A stretch of 64,000 bases of DNA, from positions 7,184,989-7,248,988 of the forward strand of contig CAJINV010000005.1 of NCBI GenBank assembly GCA_905178155.1, read 5' to 3'. The translations under genes and the position numbers were made by a program. The notes under the pieces are model-generated. The model did not search any database. It saw only the letters and a list, made by a program, of their open reading frames with translations, and was not told where the DNA came from. Numbering within the stretch: the first letter of the stretch is position 1; every line of letters starts with the position of its first letter. Origin of the DNA: Amoebophrya sp. A120. Taxonomy: Eukaryota; Protista; Dinoflagellata. This document shows, piece by piece, positions 1 through 11,664 of this stretch.

Positions 1-2143
1 GTATCGGATTCGAGCTGATTTAGTGGACCACCAGTTGCTGAGCTGTTGCGAAGATCATCATGTTGGACGAGTCGTGGATAGGAGTAGGACTACGACGGAG
101 GAACATCAAAGCAAGGAACAACAGCTCGCCCTTGCCGCTGCAACCTCCTCTTCCTCGTGTGAAAATGGCATGACAAGTAACGATACTAATCCTAGTGCAG
201 CTAATCGCACAACTAATTCTTCCTCTACTACCTTCCATCTCCTCGACCGTCACCCAAACAACTTCTTAACGCAAATGCGTTTCCCGAACGGGGACGAAAA
301 TTTCGTAAATCCCAAGTTCGAGTTATCGAAAAGAAAATTTCCCCCTCCCCATATCACAACGAAATATCTGATGCTGGATTTGTGTACACAAGTTGCTGGA
401 GAGCACTGTGGGCGCATATCAAGTGCGAGTAGCAGGGTTTTGGCTTTATACATAGGCACTTCTTAGCATGAAAAACGTCAGCATGACAAATAACCGCCTG
501 CACAATGCGGCGGCTGTCTGCGGAGTTGCCTTCTTGCAAGACAGACACGATTTGCGACCACAAATCAGCATAACAAATTTCCAAAAGTATACCTTTTGTT
601 CAGTATGGGGAGGGGGGATTTTTCCTTTGAATGCGAGTATTTTACCAAAGAGCTCCACGAGGAGGACAAGGCGCACCTGGTCATGCACAAAATATGGATT
701 GTAAAGATGTCTGGGTCTGGAAGATTGCAACTTGTCATGCTAAAACTGAATCATGCAGAAATCTGTGTTGCATGAGTGCCAAAAGGTGTCCACTTTCGAC
801 CAGGTTTGGAGGGAGTTTCTCATGCAGAATAGGCATGGCAGGGACCTCACAGACTCTGTCATGCTAGGTCCCGCATTCCAGACCTCACAAGTCATGGAAA
901 ACCTGCATGACAAGTTTAGACTCTTCCAGACCCAGACATTTTTGCATTTGATACAAAATGGACAACCGCGATTGGCACGGGATTAAGTCACCGCGTTGGC
1001 AAACGATTGCTATATGGAATTCGCTGTGGACGCTGGCGTTCCGGGAGGCGCAGTGCTTATGCATCGCAAAATGTGCGTAAGTACTCGTACATTCTAATTG
1101 CAATCGAGCATGACAAACCTGATTTCCTATGTAACTCACCATGACTACAAATTTAAACTGTCATGCTGACGAAATCGAAATTTGTCATGCGGTCACTTCT
1201 ACAGCCAGTACACGATGCTACTTTTGCAAAAATGCATACTGCTTCGCAAGCTGCGACAACTTTATGGGGAAAAATGTTTTCTCGCCCGCGGAAGGTGGAG
1301 GCGCGGAGGAGGGTGACCAGGACGAACTTTTTTCTCCGGTGCCAGTACGCATTGCAAATATGTCCGGGTCTAGAAGGATGCAACGTGTCTTGCTGTTGCT
1401 GGATTTGGATTCTACAAAAATCTGTATTGCATGAACAGCAACAGTAACAGAGGTGGTCCAGTTTTTGCCACGGCGAGAGGGAATTTCTCGTGCGGTATAG
1501 GCATCAGGAGGCCCTCACAAAATCTGTGATGCTAGGGCATGCATCACAAACATCAGGAGTCTAGTCATGCAAAATGTGGTGCATGACAATCCTTCCAGAC
1601 CCGGACATATTTGCACTTGATAGCCAGTTTCGGAAAACGACGAGGAACAACCTAGCAGTGGACCTAGTACGTCAACCCGTCCGCTGGATGAATTTGGCCC
1701 GGTTCTTGAGCAACAATTGCAGAGCAGCAACTGCAATAGCAATACCTCGTCGCAACAAGTCCAAGAATCTGCTGCTGGCAGTCGTTCTTCATCATCCTCA
1801 CATTTGTACGATTACGCAAAAAGCAGAACGACCAGGGACAGTGTCGTTGTCTATGACAGTGCACAACTCCCCCTCCCCCTCATTTGTATAGCATGAACGG
1901 CAACACAAGCATCAGCAAGAGTGCCTGTTTTGCATGACAAATTTACGCTGGAGTGTAGTGCTATCTGGGCTACCAGAAATTGCCATGCAAGCAGTGCCAT
2001 AAGGCAGCGACGGGATTGTTCGGGATTTTGCATGACAAAACAAAGGAGGGGGAGGCAGAGTTGTGCGCTGTCATATTGTCGTAGGTCCTGGAGGACAACT
2101 TCTGCGACCGCTCCGGGCAGCCGACCTGGAAGAATTGGATTGA
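1..2143 (+). CDS. Hypothetical protein, 3' part (5' end probably outside window), 5 introners
   Basis: Removing elements 324-633, 693-953, 1058-1238, 1346-1622, 1852-2075 plus one 5-bp DR each gives ...NPKFEYFTKELHEEDKAHLVMHKMDNRDWHGIKSPRWQTIAIWNSLWTLAFREAQC...RAADLEELD*; TGA 2141-2143. Confidence 0.8.
324..633. mobile_element. Introner family C
   Basis: TIR GAAAATTTCCCCCTCCCCATA; DR cgagt. Confidence 0.85.
693..953. mobile_element. Introner family A
   Basis: TIR ATGTCTGGGTCTGGAA; DR caaaa. Confidence 0.9.
1058..1238. mobile_element. Introner family B (diverged)
   Basis: TAT..GCAAAA TIR; DR gtgct/ctgct. Confidence 0.8.
1346..1622. mobile_element. Introner family A
   Basis: TIR; DR gccag. 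Confidence 0.9.
1852..2075. mobile_element. Introner family D
   Basis: TIR TATGACAGTGCACAACTC; DR ttgtc. Confidence 0.9.
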
Positions 2144-3593
2144 TGAGATCATAATTAGTGATTGGGAACAAGTTTGCAGCTGGTGGAAGGCGTGTTTCTG
2201 TGGTGGAAAAAGTTGGTGATGCTAGTTCGCTTTTTACACTATCCAGGAAATAGTAATGAATAAAGATAAACAAAATGTTCGAAAAAGATGCACAAGGTGG
2301 CATGGTGCTCGCTGGACCCCAGTTAAAAAATCTCGCAGAAAAATACATAGGCTTTTATATCGTGCAGCTCTCATCATTTTTAATTTTATTGCGTGAGGGG
2401 AGCTTTCGGTACAGCTACAAACAGCAGGTCATTTTATTTATTAAGCAGCAGGCCATTTAAGAGTGCCCTCTCTACAAGTCGAGATGAGGTTGTATTGCTT
2501 TATTTTCATGGCAATATTTTTAGAGCACAAGCGACGCAGTCGCAGGAGAGATGAAGACCGAACAAATTTAAAGAATACGACGACCTATTTCGAACTGTTT
2601 TATATCCAGATATACACAGCTTCTATTTTTATTTTTGCATCCGAAATTTTAGTTCGTACTTCTGACATTTAGAGAGTACGCCCACGTATATCCCACACAA
2701 TCACGATGTACAAAGCGTGGAGTTGTCAAGGCGGAAAAGGAAAAGTATCGGTCTGTATTCGCATTGTCCTATGTCATAATCTGAATGTCGATATCGGTGA
2801 CTTCTTCGCGTAATTTTCATCGGTATTATTTTATCTCGTGCTGCTCCTTCTAGGCTTCATCGGTCGTGGTGGTGGTCGTTTCAAATGTTTTTTGTCTTCG
2901 GTTTTGAGAATTGCAATCTTCGTGGTTTTCGGAAACAGAAAGAAATAGGTAACACCAAAGCGCTTTCCTGACATCGGTTTTTCGTGCAGCTCGTCCATTC
3001 AAAAATATCATTATCATCCGGAGGCGCGTATCGGTATCTGTCAGTTTGCCGTTCTATCGTACTCGTACAAGGAAGTTTATAGAAAAAGGAGATGAAGGCT
3101 TGTTTGCCACTCGGCCCTGCGCGAGGGCGACGTCGACGTCCGCTTTGCCGTTATTAACGTGATGACTTTTTCGTACACCATACAACGAACATGAAGAGGA
3201 TGTTTCCGTCATGACTTCCCCGATCATGCAGCAGTACAACTACTTCTATACTTTTATGGCGCTCGTCTGGCTTTCATATTGATACTCAACGTTTGCGGCC
3301 TTCACGAAAACGATTCCACAACATCTACTTCCGACAGGGTTTGCTAATAACTTTCTTGACTTGTCAGTCGTCCCCTCGTCTTCAAGTCCGGAAACGAAAA
3401 AGTAGACCGCCTTCTTTAATACCTGAAAACCGAAAGAAACAAAAACGAAACTTTTGACCACGACGAATTTGATTTTTTTTGAAGCATCAAACTACCGCTA
3501 CTTAAACTTAATCCTTCAGGAGCACGACATTACGACTACGAGTAAGACAAGTAAAACTCTGTGTAAGTACTTCTACAAGGTGTTGTAGTTGAC

Positions 3594-3829
3594 TATGGAG
3601 TTCTCAAATGTTACATTCTCAGCTGTTACATGAATTTGTAATGCAAGACTGGCAAAACTGAAGGGAGGAAGATTGCGCCTTTTGCATTACAAATTTGGCG
3701 CAGATTTACATGCTGTCTAGCCCTGCCGAAATTTGTGATGCGAAGCAGCTCGATCATCTGCCGGCTTAAAGTGCTTTTGCATGACAAATTCATGTAACAG
3801 TTGAGAATGTAACGTTTGAGAACGCCATA
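3594..3829. mobile_element. Introner-type MITE, singleton, apparently non-coding context
   Basis: About 50-bp TIR TATGGAGTTCTCAAATGTTACATTCTC...; DR ttgac. Confidence 0.85.
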
Positions 3830-3977
3830 TTGACACGTCTTGTTGAGTTGTCCTACCAGCAGCTCAGCATTTTCATTTCATCCAAGAAGTGCTTTCTAAT
3901 TCAAGCACTAACACTAAGCTGACAAAAATAAACTTAAACCGAAAGAACTCACCGCGAGGACATCGACCAAGGAATCG

Positions 3978-6900
3978 ATGACTCTGACTCCAAAAAATCC
4001 TGCCGCGGCACAACGTCGGCCAACAGCAGGGCGGCCGAGCACCACTTCTACGACCCGGAGCACCTCCGGATCCGGATTCCAGCTGTTCTTGCACAACAAG
4101 AACAAAAATGGCCGCCCGACCGGGAAGATGAAGATGCTCTTCGCGGCAGGTGCACTGCGCGTCGCGATGCCAGGCACTCTCCTTTGTTCCTCGCCTCTAT
4201 GGAACTGTCAGGATTGAAATTGACAAAGTTGAAAAATTTGTGATGAATAAAACCGATACCAGTTGGAAGCCCAATTTCTAAGCGGCGCATGACAAATTTA
4301 GAGGCCATCGAAATCCAGTTTGTCATGTTGTTTAGCGAAAAAAGGCATCCCTTGTCATGCTACTTTTGCAGCGGTATCCCAAGCCGGAAACAGGCTCACA
4401 ATCGGCCTTACTTGCAATCCCTGCAAGACAGTCACTTCGTGTCTTGCATTTTATGCATCACAAATTATTTCAACTTTGTCGATTTCAATCCTGACACCCC
4501 CATAGCTTCCTGGTCTCGTCCAGGCCGTGAACGTGGAGAAAATCTCCAAGACGCGGCAGGAATCACAGCCATATCCTGTGCAAAAGTATCGTACTCGCAT
4601 TGCAATCATGCATTACAAATCTTTCTCTCAAGGTAAATCAGCATTACAAATTTTATCATTACAAATTTTATCTCTCATGCTGAGGAAATTTGTAATGCAT
4701 TTATACGAGTGCGATATTTTTGCAATTCATAAGCCGCAGGGCAATGCCAATGGCAACGTCGGAAACGGCAACGCCGGCAAGACGAACGCACCGCCCGCTG
4801 CCCGGGCGGGTACTAGTTCGCAGACCACGGAGGGCTGCAGTTGCAGTGGCGGTGGCTGTATCAGACTGAAAAGAAAAGATCAAATCATCTCTCCACTACT
4901 TCTACATCACGCGGATGGACAATCAATGTGGCCCTCTACTTCAATTGTCCGAGTGATTGTGCTCTCATGCTGCCCTCTTTGCAGGAGGTGGAAAGCGAGT
5001 CGTGTGATCTGCTTCATCGTCCACGAGCCGTCGTTGGTTTGCACGGCGGTGAACAGTTTCAAAAAAAAAGGTTTTAGAAAACATTGCAACGGGCGCTCGA
5101 CGCAAAACCAAAAGACCTTATGTACCACTTCATCTTGAAAAGCGAAGAAAAATGCATGTCCACAAAAATCTCAATTGCAATGTTGAGAAAAGTTCTAATG
5201 TGCCTGATATTCATGGTTGCTCATAGAGTGCAGCTGATGTTTGCCAAAGTACTACTCTGGTGTGGTTTTTCTCCTAATTTGTCCTCATGCTGCTAGTCTC
5301 AGTTACCCCTCCAGTCTTGCTCGGGGGTACTGTTCATCTTGCATGATTCGCTGGTCCTCGTGGGGGGATGATTTGATCTCAAATTTTCTCGTTCGATATG
5401 CGGCGGATCACAGGAGAATACGGCTGAACAGCTGCGCCAGAAAAAACTGAACGCGAAAATACCAGCCGTCACTGGTCGCTTTGCTGGCGACCCGAACACA
5501 CCTCCCGTTCCAGTTGCTGCCGGCGGCCCCAAGCAACAAGACTTGCTCCCTTCAGCGGGTGTACAACGATCGTCGGGCAACCAAGGAGGAGGAGCAGGTG
5601 GAGGATCTCAAGACTTGCACTCTTCAGCGGGTGTACAACGATCGTCGGGCAACGAAGGAGGAGGAGCAGGTGGAGGAGGAGCAGGTGGAGGAGGAGATGG
5701 TGGAGGAGGAGATGGTGGAGGAGGAGATGGTGGAGGAGGAGATGGTGGAGGAGGAGATGGTGGAGGAGGAGATGGTGGAGGTGGTGGTGGAGGAGGAGGA
5801 GGAGCACCGGGTGTTTTTACACCGCGACCTGATTCGCCTGCGGGTCAAGGCAAGCTGCCGGAGCCACCTGCGCCCGTAAAAAAAAATGGTGCCGATGGTG
5901 AGGGGGATGGTGACGGTAAGGTGGACAGCGAGGACTCCAGTACTGAAGAAGAAGAGCCTCCGAAACAGGAGCATGATCATGAATCAGCAGGGCAAGAAGA
6001 AGAAGAACCTGTCCTCGGCCCTCCTTCGCAACCGTTTGGAACGGAAAACGAAGGCGTTGTTTCTCCTGGGGTCGTGCATCAGCCTCCGCAACCGGAAGCG
6101 CCCGTGGTCCACCCGGTAGCTACTGGAGATGATGCTCTACCTGTTCCTGGGATTCAGAATGAGAATCTAGGGGATGGTCTTCGTCCTCAAGCATCAAGAG
6201 GAGGTTACTACACAGAAGCCGAAAATGCGTGGAAAGAATGCAACGAGAAGCAGAAGCCCGACGAGAGTTGCGAGATCATGATCTGGATTCGGCCCGAAAA
6301 AGAAGTCGCCCAAGCGCTTGGTACGTGCATGGCAGAGGAAGAAAGAGCATGGCTCAACAAACAAAACGAGTGGATACGGTTCGGAAAGGTCCGTCTGGAT
6401 CAGTGGGACAAAGAAAGCTGGTGGAATTTCAAAAAGACCGAGGGAAAGTTTCTTCCAGCGTACGTGGAAGCGAACGCCGATGCATATGAAGCGCAGGGTT
6501 TAATTAATCGCAAATCTTCCCTCGCTGACACTGCTGACAAGCTCTCTGCGTGGTGGGAGAAAGTACTACATATGCAGTACCAGGAGGATCAGAATGTTGC
6601 GACGCCAGCGTTTCACATGCTACGTCGACGTGGAGAGGGGAAAGTAGAAGACGGGGAAAAAAATGCGGTGCTCCTCAACCAGCCCTTTTTGGAGTTTAAC
6701 AATGCGGAGGAGATAAAGTCGACGGGACGCTCGCGGAAGAAACCAAAAAAAGGTAGGAGTGTGAATCACCTCCCCACCCCTTTGAATCACCTCCCCACGC
6801 ATCACCCCCCCACCCGGATCACCTACCCACCTCCCCCGCATCACCTCGTGACGCGCCCGCATCACCACCGTAGCGGCCGGAGGTGATGCAGAAGCAGAGC

Positions 6901-7753
6901 CGGCTGCGGCCTAGGGTTTAGGGTTCGGGGTTTAGGGTCGTCGAGGCCAGCCGGCGCGACGGCGCCGTCGCGCCGGCTGGCCTCGACGCTTCTCTTTTTC
7001 TCGTGTTCCTTCCCCCTTCTCCGCCCTTGTGTGCCACCATTTTGGCTTCCATTGCTTCTTGGTCCTTTTGCTGTGCGCCCTTTGCCCCCGTCGTGTTTCC
7101 GTGCCTTGACTCCTTGCGGCATTGCCTTGCGTGCCCCGTGAGTCGCTCCATGTTCGCCACCTTAGGGCCGCCGCACCCATCTGGTGGCCGCGTGCGTAGG
7201 CTGATCTGTCGCGCAGGATGAGGACTCATGTGCGTTGTGGCAGATGCCTGGCTTCATCGCCGCGAGGTAGATGGCACAGAAGCCAAGCAGCATGCATCCA
7301 GACGTAGTCACGTTCTGCTCGACAATCACGGAGCAGTGCAACGCGGTGGGGAAGTGTTGGACGACTGGGAGGTGGGGAGGTGGGGAAGTGCCTCCCCACC
7401 TCCCCACCACTGGGGAGGTACCTCCCCACACGTGGGGAGGCACCTCCCCAGGGTGGGGAGGTGGGGAGGTGATGCGTGGGGAGGTGATTCACACCATAAC
7501 CCCAAAAACAAGCGGTGGAGAAATGCGGAAGAGGAAAAGCCTATTTAGAATCCTCACGCAGCAGAGAGAGAGGACAAGCAAAATGTTCTGGACCACGAGG
7601 GAGGGTGTGATGGAGGACGAGGAACGAATAAAACGCTTCAATACATGTATCCTGCTTGCAAGATCTAGTGCGTGCGCGCTCGTTGGCCTGCGAGTGCAAA
7701 ATTATCTAATTGGTCGCTGCCTTATTTCGTCCGTAGTAGCTGTAGCTCTTTGA
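3978..7753 (+). CDS. Gly-rich (GGGGD repeat) hypothetical protein, possibly secreted; 3-4 introners
   Basis: ATG 3978; removing 4198-4504, 4572-4731, 4859-5398 joins to ORF 5543-6886. Removing 6754-7498 plus 5 nt continues in frame to TGA 7753 (alternative stop 6886). Hydrophobic stretch MKMLFAAGALRVAMPGTLLC near the N terminus. Confidence 0.6.
4198..4504. mobile_element. Introner family F
   Basis: TIR TATGG..TGTCAGGATTGAAAT; DR gcctc/gcttc. Confidence 0.9.
4572..4731. mobile_element. Introner family B
   Basis: TIR TGCAAAAGTATCGTACTCG; DR agcca/agccg. Confidence 0.9.
4859..5398. mobile_element. Degenerate long introner
   Basis: Imperfect TIR AGATCAAATCATC; DR lost; removal restores frame. 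Confidence 0.6.
5689..5800 (+). repeat. 15-bp coding tandem repeat (GGTGGAGGAGGAGAT, GGGGD)
   Basis: Direct reading of tandem copies. Confidence 0.9.
6754..7498. mobile_element. TIR element with CACCTCCCCAC subterminal arrays
   Basis: GTGTGAATCACCTCCCCAC ... GTGGGGAGGTGATTCACAC(C)ATA; no clear DR. Confidence 0.65.
6912..6937 (+). repeat. Short interstitial telomere-like (TTTAGGG) tract
   Basis: TAGGGTTTAGGGTTCGGGGTTTAGGG. Confidence 0.55.
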
Positions 7754-7951
7754 TGTCTTTGAAGAGTCTATTATATAGACTCTTCAAAGACACTGATATT
7801 ATAATATAATAATAGTGGCAAAGGTTTTTTCACTCCTAAGGGAGCTCCTAAGGAAGCTTCCTTACGGAAGTTGTCCCTTAAGAGGGCTTGCTAAGGAAAA
7901 GCCTTAAGCAAAATTATCTTAAGGCGTCTGCGCTTAAGAAGGTACGCCTTA

Positions 7952-8051
7952 NNNNNNNNNNNNNNNNNNNNNNNNNNNNNNNNNNNNNNNNNNNNNNNNN
8001 NNNNNNNNNNNNNNNNNNNNNNNNNNNNNNNNNNNNNNNNNNNNNNNNNNN
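7952..8051. other. Assembly gap (100 N)
   Basis: Run of N. Confidence 1.
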
Positions 8052-11000
8052 GCTATTGCTTGCTATTAGTGCCGTCGCCTTCCGGGCTGGTTGCGAGTTT
8101 GGCGACTCGCAACCAACCAAGACCAAAGCCCAAAGCACCACCACCCAAGCACCGGGCTTACCACCACTACAGTAATCGACTTTGCGAGCCCAGCGGGCCC
8201 CCGAAGGGCCCGCGCCAAGGGCTCGTATCATATATATAAGAACATCGGTCTATGCATATAGATACAGCACACGACTTGAATTATGGCCTTTGTACAAACA
8301 TGGCCCCGCCCCGTCTGCCGGCGGCCTACTAGCCCAACAGATGCAGCGTAGCTACTACCCCGAGGCCAGGCAGCTAAAAGGCAATGATGTCGCGCACCAT
8401 GGCGGCCTCGGCCTCCCCTGGCCACCTGATCGCGCCAACTTTGCCAGTGCCGCTTGCTTTAAAAATTATGCCGCAGTCGGCTGCGCCACGCACAGCTTGT
8501 ATCTAGGTCTGAATAACCCGCATCTCCAACGCCAGAAAGCAAAACTCCGGTTTGACTGCGTGTGGCGGGTCAAAGAAAAATGAAAATAAAACATTTTGGA
8601 TCGGGGCGATGGAGCTGGTGATTGCACACCACCCAAACCCTAAGCCGCATCCGTCGGAAATGCCTGCCGATTTGCACCCGGAACGCTTCCGCATTCTGTA
8701 CAGCTGGAATGCCAAGCGGGAGTACGAATTGCAGCAAATAATTTGTCGCGGTCAATGGAAAGATGAAGGTCGAGCTATTTCTTGCATTGCTTGCGGCAAC
8801 ATTGCATGTCGGAGAACCTAAAATCTTTGTTGCATAATAAGTAAGTACGAATATTAGCTAAGAGAATTATTAAATGTGGCTTTGATTGTCATGAGGAAGC
8901 AGCGTCGCGGTCTGTCTACTACGCTGGAGTTCGCGACAAAAAGCTGTGTAGTCGTACACTTGAGCTAGCGACGCAAATTCGTGTCAGTATGTATGCTTTA
9001 TTGGAAGTCGCATCTACTTTAAGAACTTCATCATGCAAAATAATTGGCATCACAAAACTCACGCAAAATGAAAATGCCAGACCCAGACAAAGGCATGTCC
9101 GTAGTGGATAAGATGAAGACTCTCGACTGCTTTCACAATCCGGTCACAGACGACGAGGGCAGAAAGGTCTACCACCACTCTGACATCTATGGGCAATCCG
9201 TACGGATGCCGAAAAAGATTTATCGCGCAGCTACTAGTACAGTAGCAATACACTTGATAATGATCTTTACTTGCATGTCTGGTTTCTTGATGGTTTTTTA
9301 GGACTAGGGGCTGTTTTACCAGGCGCAGGCTTGCAGTTTGCAGATAGTTATTTTTTCGACCGACATGTTTGGAAGATCGAGGTAGAGCTACCGTGCTTCC
9401 GCAGTAAATACATGTTGTGAGTATGCGACAGAAGCTATGTTCTTAAGCACATCCTGCTCACCCAAGAATCGGTCTTCAGGTGTATAGAAACGCACCTTCC
9501 GTGCGCGCAGCCATCAGCTTCGCCGGAATGGTCAACGTTTCAGTTTCAGTTCGAGCTCCCTACTAGGCCTTGAAGGCCTATCGCCTAGAAGGCGAAGGCT
9601 CTGCTAAAAGGCGAAGGCTTCGCTTTCTAGTACAAAAGCGGAGCTGTTCCAATTCCGAAGGTTGGAATTGGAGTATCTTTATCTTATCTGTTCCTGTTGT
9701 ACCAGCATGCATGCTGCGCGAATATTTTTCAAAGTGACAAGTCACAATCGATCACGGATGGGGAGTGAAGAATCCAAACACTGAACCGTTTTGAAGATAT
9801 CTCGGGTTGTGACATTTCAAGAGGTAGCGAAGGGATCTCCAGAGAAGAGAGTTGTTGCGGATATCTGTTTTTTGGTGTACCAAGCACACACACACACACA
9901 CTACACCGGTATTTCCTTGTTTTTCGATTTCTTCTTTTTGTTTTTGTTTTTCACCACCGGCACCGACCACGCCCACGCCGGGCCGTGCGACCCAGATACC
10001 GGGGGCCTGTAAAACCCTTCGCATGACAAGTTTGGAAGATCCATACGGCAACCGAAAAAGATTTATCGGGCAGCTAGTGCAAGTACTCAACTTCCCACTT
10101 CGTCATGGCATCATGACCCCTGAGTTCTTCATCTTTTAGAACTGCGGGACCCACCAGCCATGCAGCGTGCAGACCGTTTTTCAAGCTCGAGTGGAAGCAT
10201 CATGATAGAATATTCTCTGTTCCACCCTTTACGATGTCGGCTCTGGCAGGGGCCGGGGTCCTCTAAATGAGAATATAATAAATCTGAGCCAGACCCAAGT
10301 CCGAAAAACAAAAAACCTAGCCTCGTACTTAAAGCGTCCGCGCTTAAAAAAGGCAACAGCCGCGCCCTCATATATGGTGATAGGTTGACTGCCCACTTTA
10401 AAAATGGGCGCTCAATCTTCCTCGGACTCGAGGAGGGACCAGCGCGCAGCAGTCCGCCAAAGCGCGCACTGCCAGCCATCATCAGGAGGAGTCCTGTCAT
10501 TGATTTTTTTTAGTTTATCGCACTTTTTAGTCTGGGATACAAATAAGACGAAACCTGCTCTCGGCCGCAGGCACAAACCTGCTCCGGCCTGCCACCTGCA
10601 ACTTCGCCGGGCTTGGTCACTTTTCAGCTCGTCGCGGCCGTGCAAGGTAGAGAAACTGCGCACCAGCCCGTGGGCTCTTCTATATAGGAAAAGCTGGTCT
10701 TCACCATCGCAATGGGCTGCTGATCCTGGTGCCCAATATAGAACAACGCGCGCGAATGAGGTGTGGCATTCTGGTTCTGTGCAGATCCGAACGTTTATGT
10801 TTGCAACTGAGTATCTCTGTAAGCATGTTGTACCGATATTTTTCAACGTGATGAGCCGTGTTGGGAGAGAAAGCGGGCCCGGCAGCGGATGTCGATGGAA
10901 ACTGGGTATCTTCATTTGCGGCGACGAGGTGAGTACCAAAATAGATTAAGCTTGTTGGTGACATTGCGGTGGAAAAGCGTGCAGTGGTGTTTATCAAAAA

Positions 11001-11227
11001 ATCAATTCGTTATATACTAGTCGCAAGCTACCCTTGACTCACTCCACACTAGAAACCAAAAGCAACACACAACAACGACCAGGCAGGCACCCCGCCGCAC
11101 CCTCACGCACTCCCCACAGCCGCACAGAAAGGCGGCGGTCCCAGTGGTGCAGGCACAGCCGGGCCTCTAATGTTCCGGCCCTCGCCTCAAGCGCCCCCGC
11201 CTTTCTGAACCTTCAGCGGAAATGCCA

Positions 11228-11545
11228 TAGCCTCTAGCGGCCTAGCCTCTAGCGGCCTAGCCTCTAGCGGCCTAGCCTCTAGCGGCCTAGCCTCTAGCGG
11301 CCTAGCCTCTAGCGGCCTAGCCCCTAGCGGCCTAGCCCCTAGCGGCCTAGCCTCTAGCGGCCTAGCCTCTAACGGCCTAGCCTCTAGCGGCCTAGCCTCT
11401 AGCGGCCTAGCCCCACCCTAGCGGCCTAGCCCCCACCCTAGCGGCCTAGCCCCTAGCGGCCTAGCCCCTAGCGGCCTAGCCCCTAGCGGCCTAGCCCCAA
11501 GCGGCCTAGCCCCTAGGGGCCTACCCTCTAGCGGCCTAACCAGAG
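11228..11545. repeat. 15-bp minisatellite (TAGCCTCTAGCGGCC)n
   Basis: About 20 tandem copies. Confidence 0.95.
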
Positions 11546-11664
11546 GCTAGGTTAGCCTCCAGAAGCCTCTAGCGGCCTGCCTAGCCACCAGCGGGCTGCC
11601 TAGCCTCCGGCGGCCTAGCCCCCAGCGGGCTGCCTTAGGCCCCAGCGGCTTAGCCCCCTGCGGC

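Noticed and set aside
7037-7047. CCATTTTGGCT resembling the dinoflagellate spliced leader core
   Set aside because: Only 11 nt match; flanks do not match CCGTAG...CAAG and it is not at a gene start.
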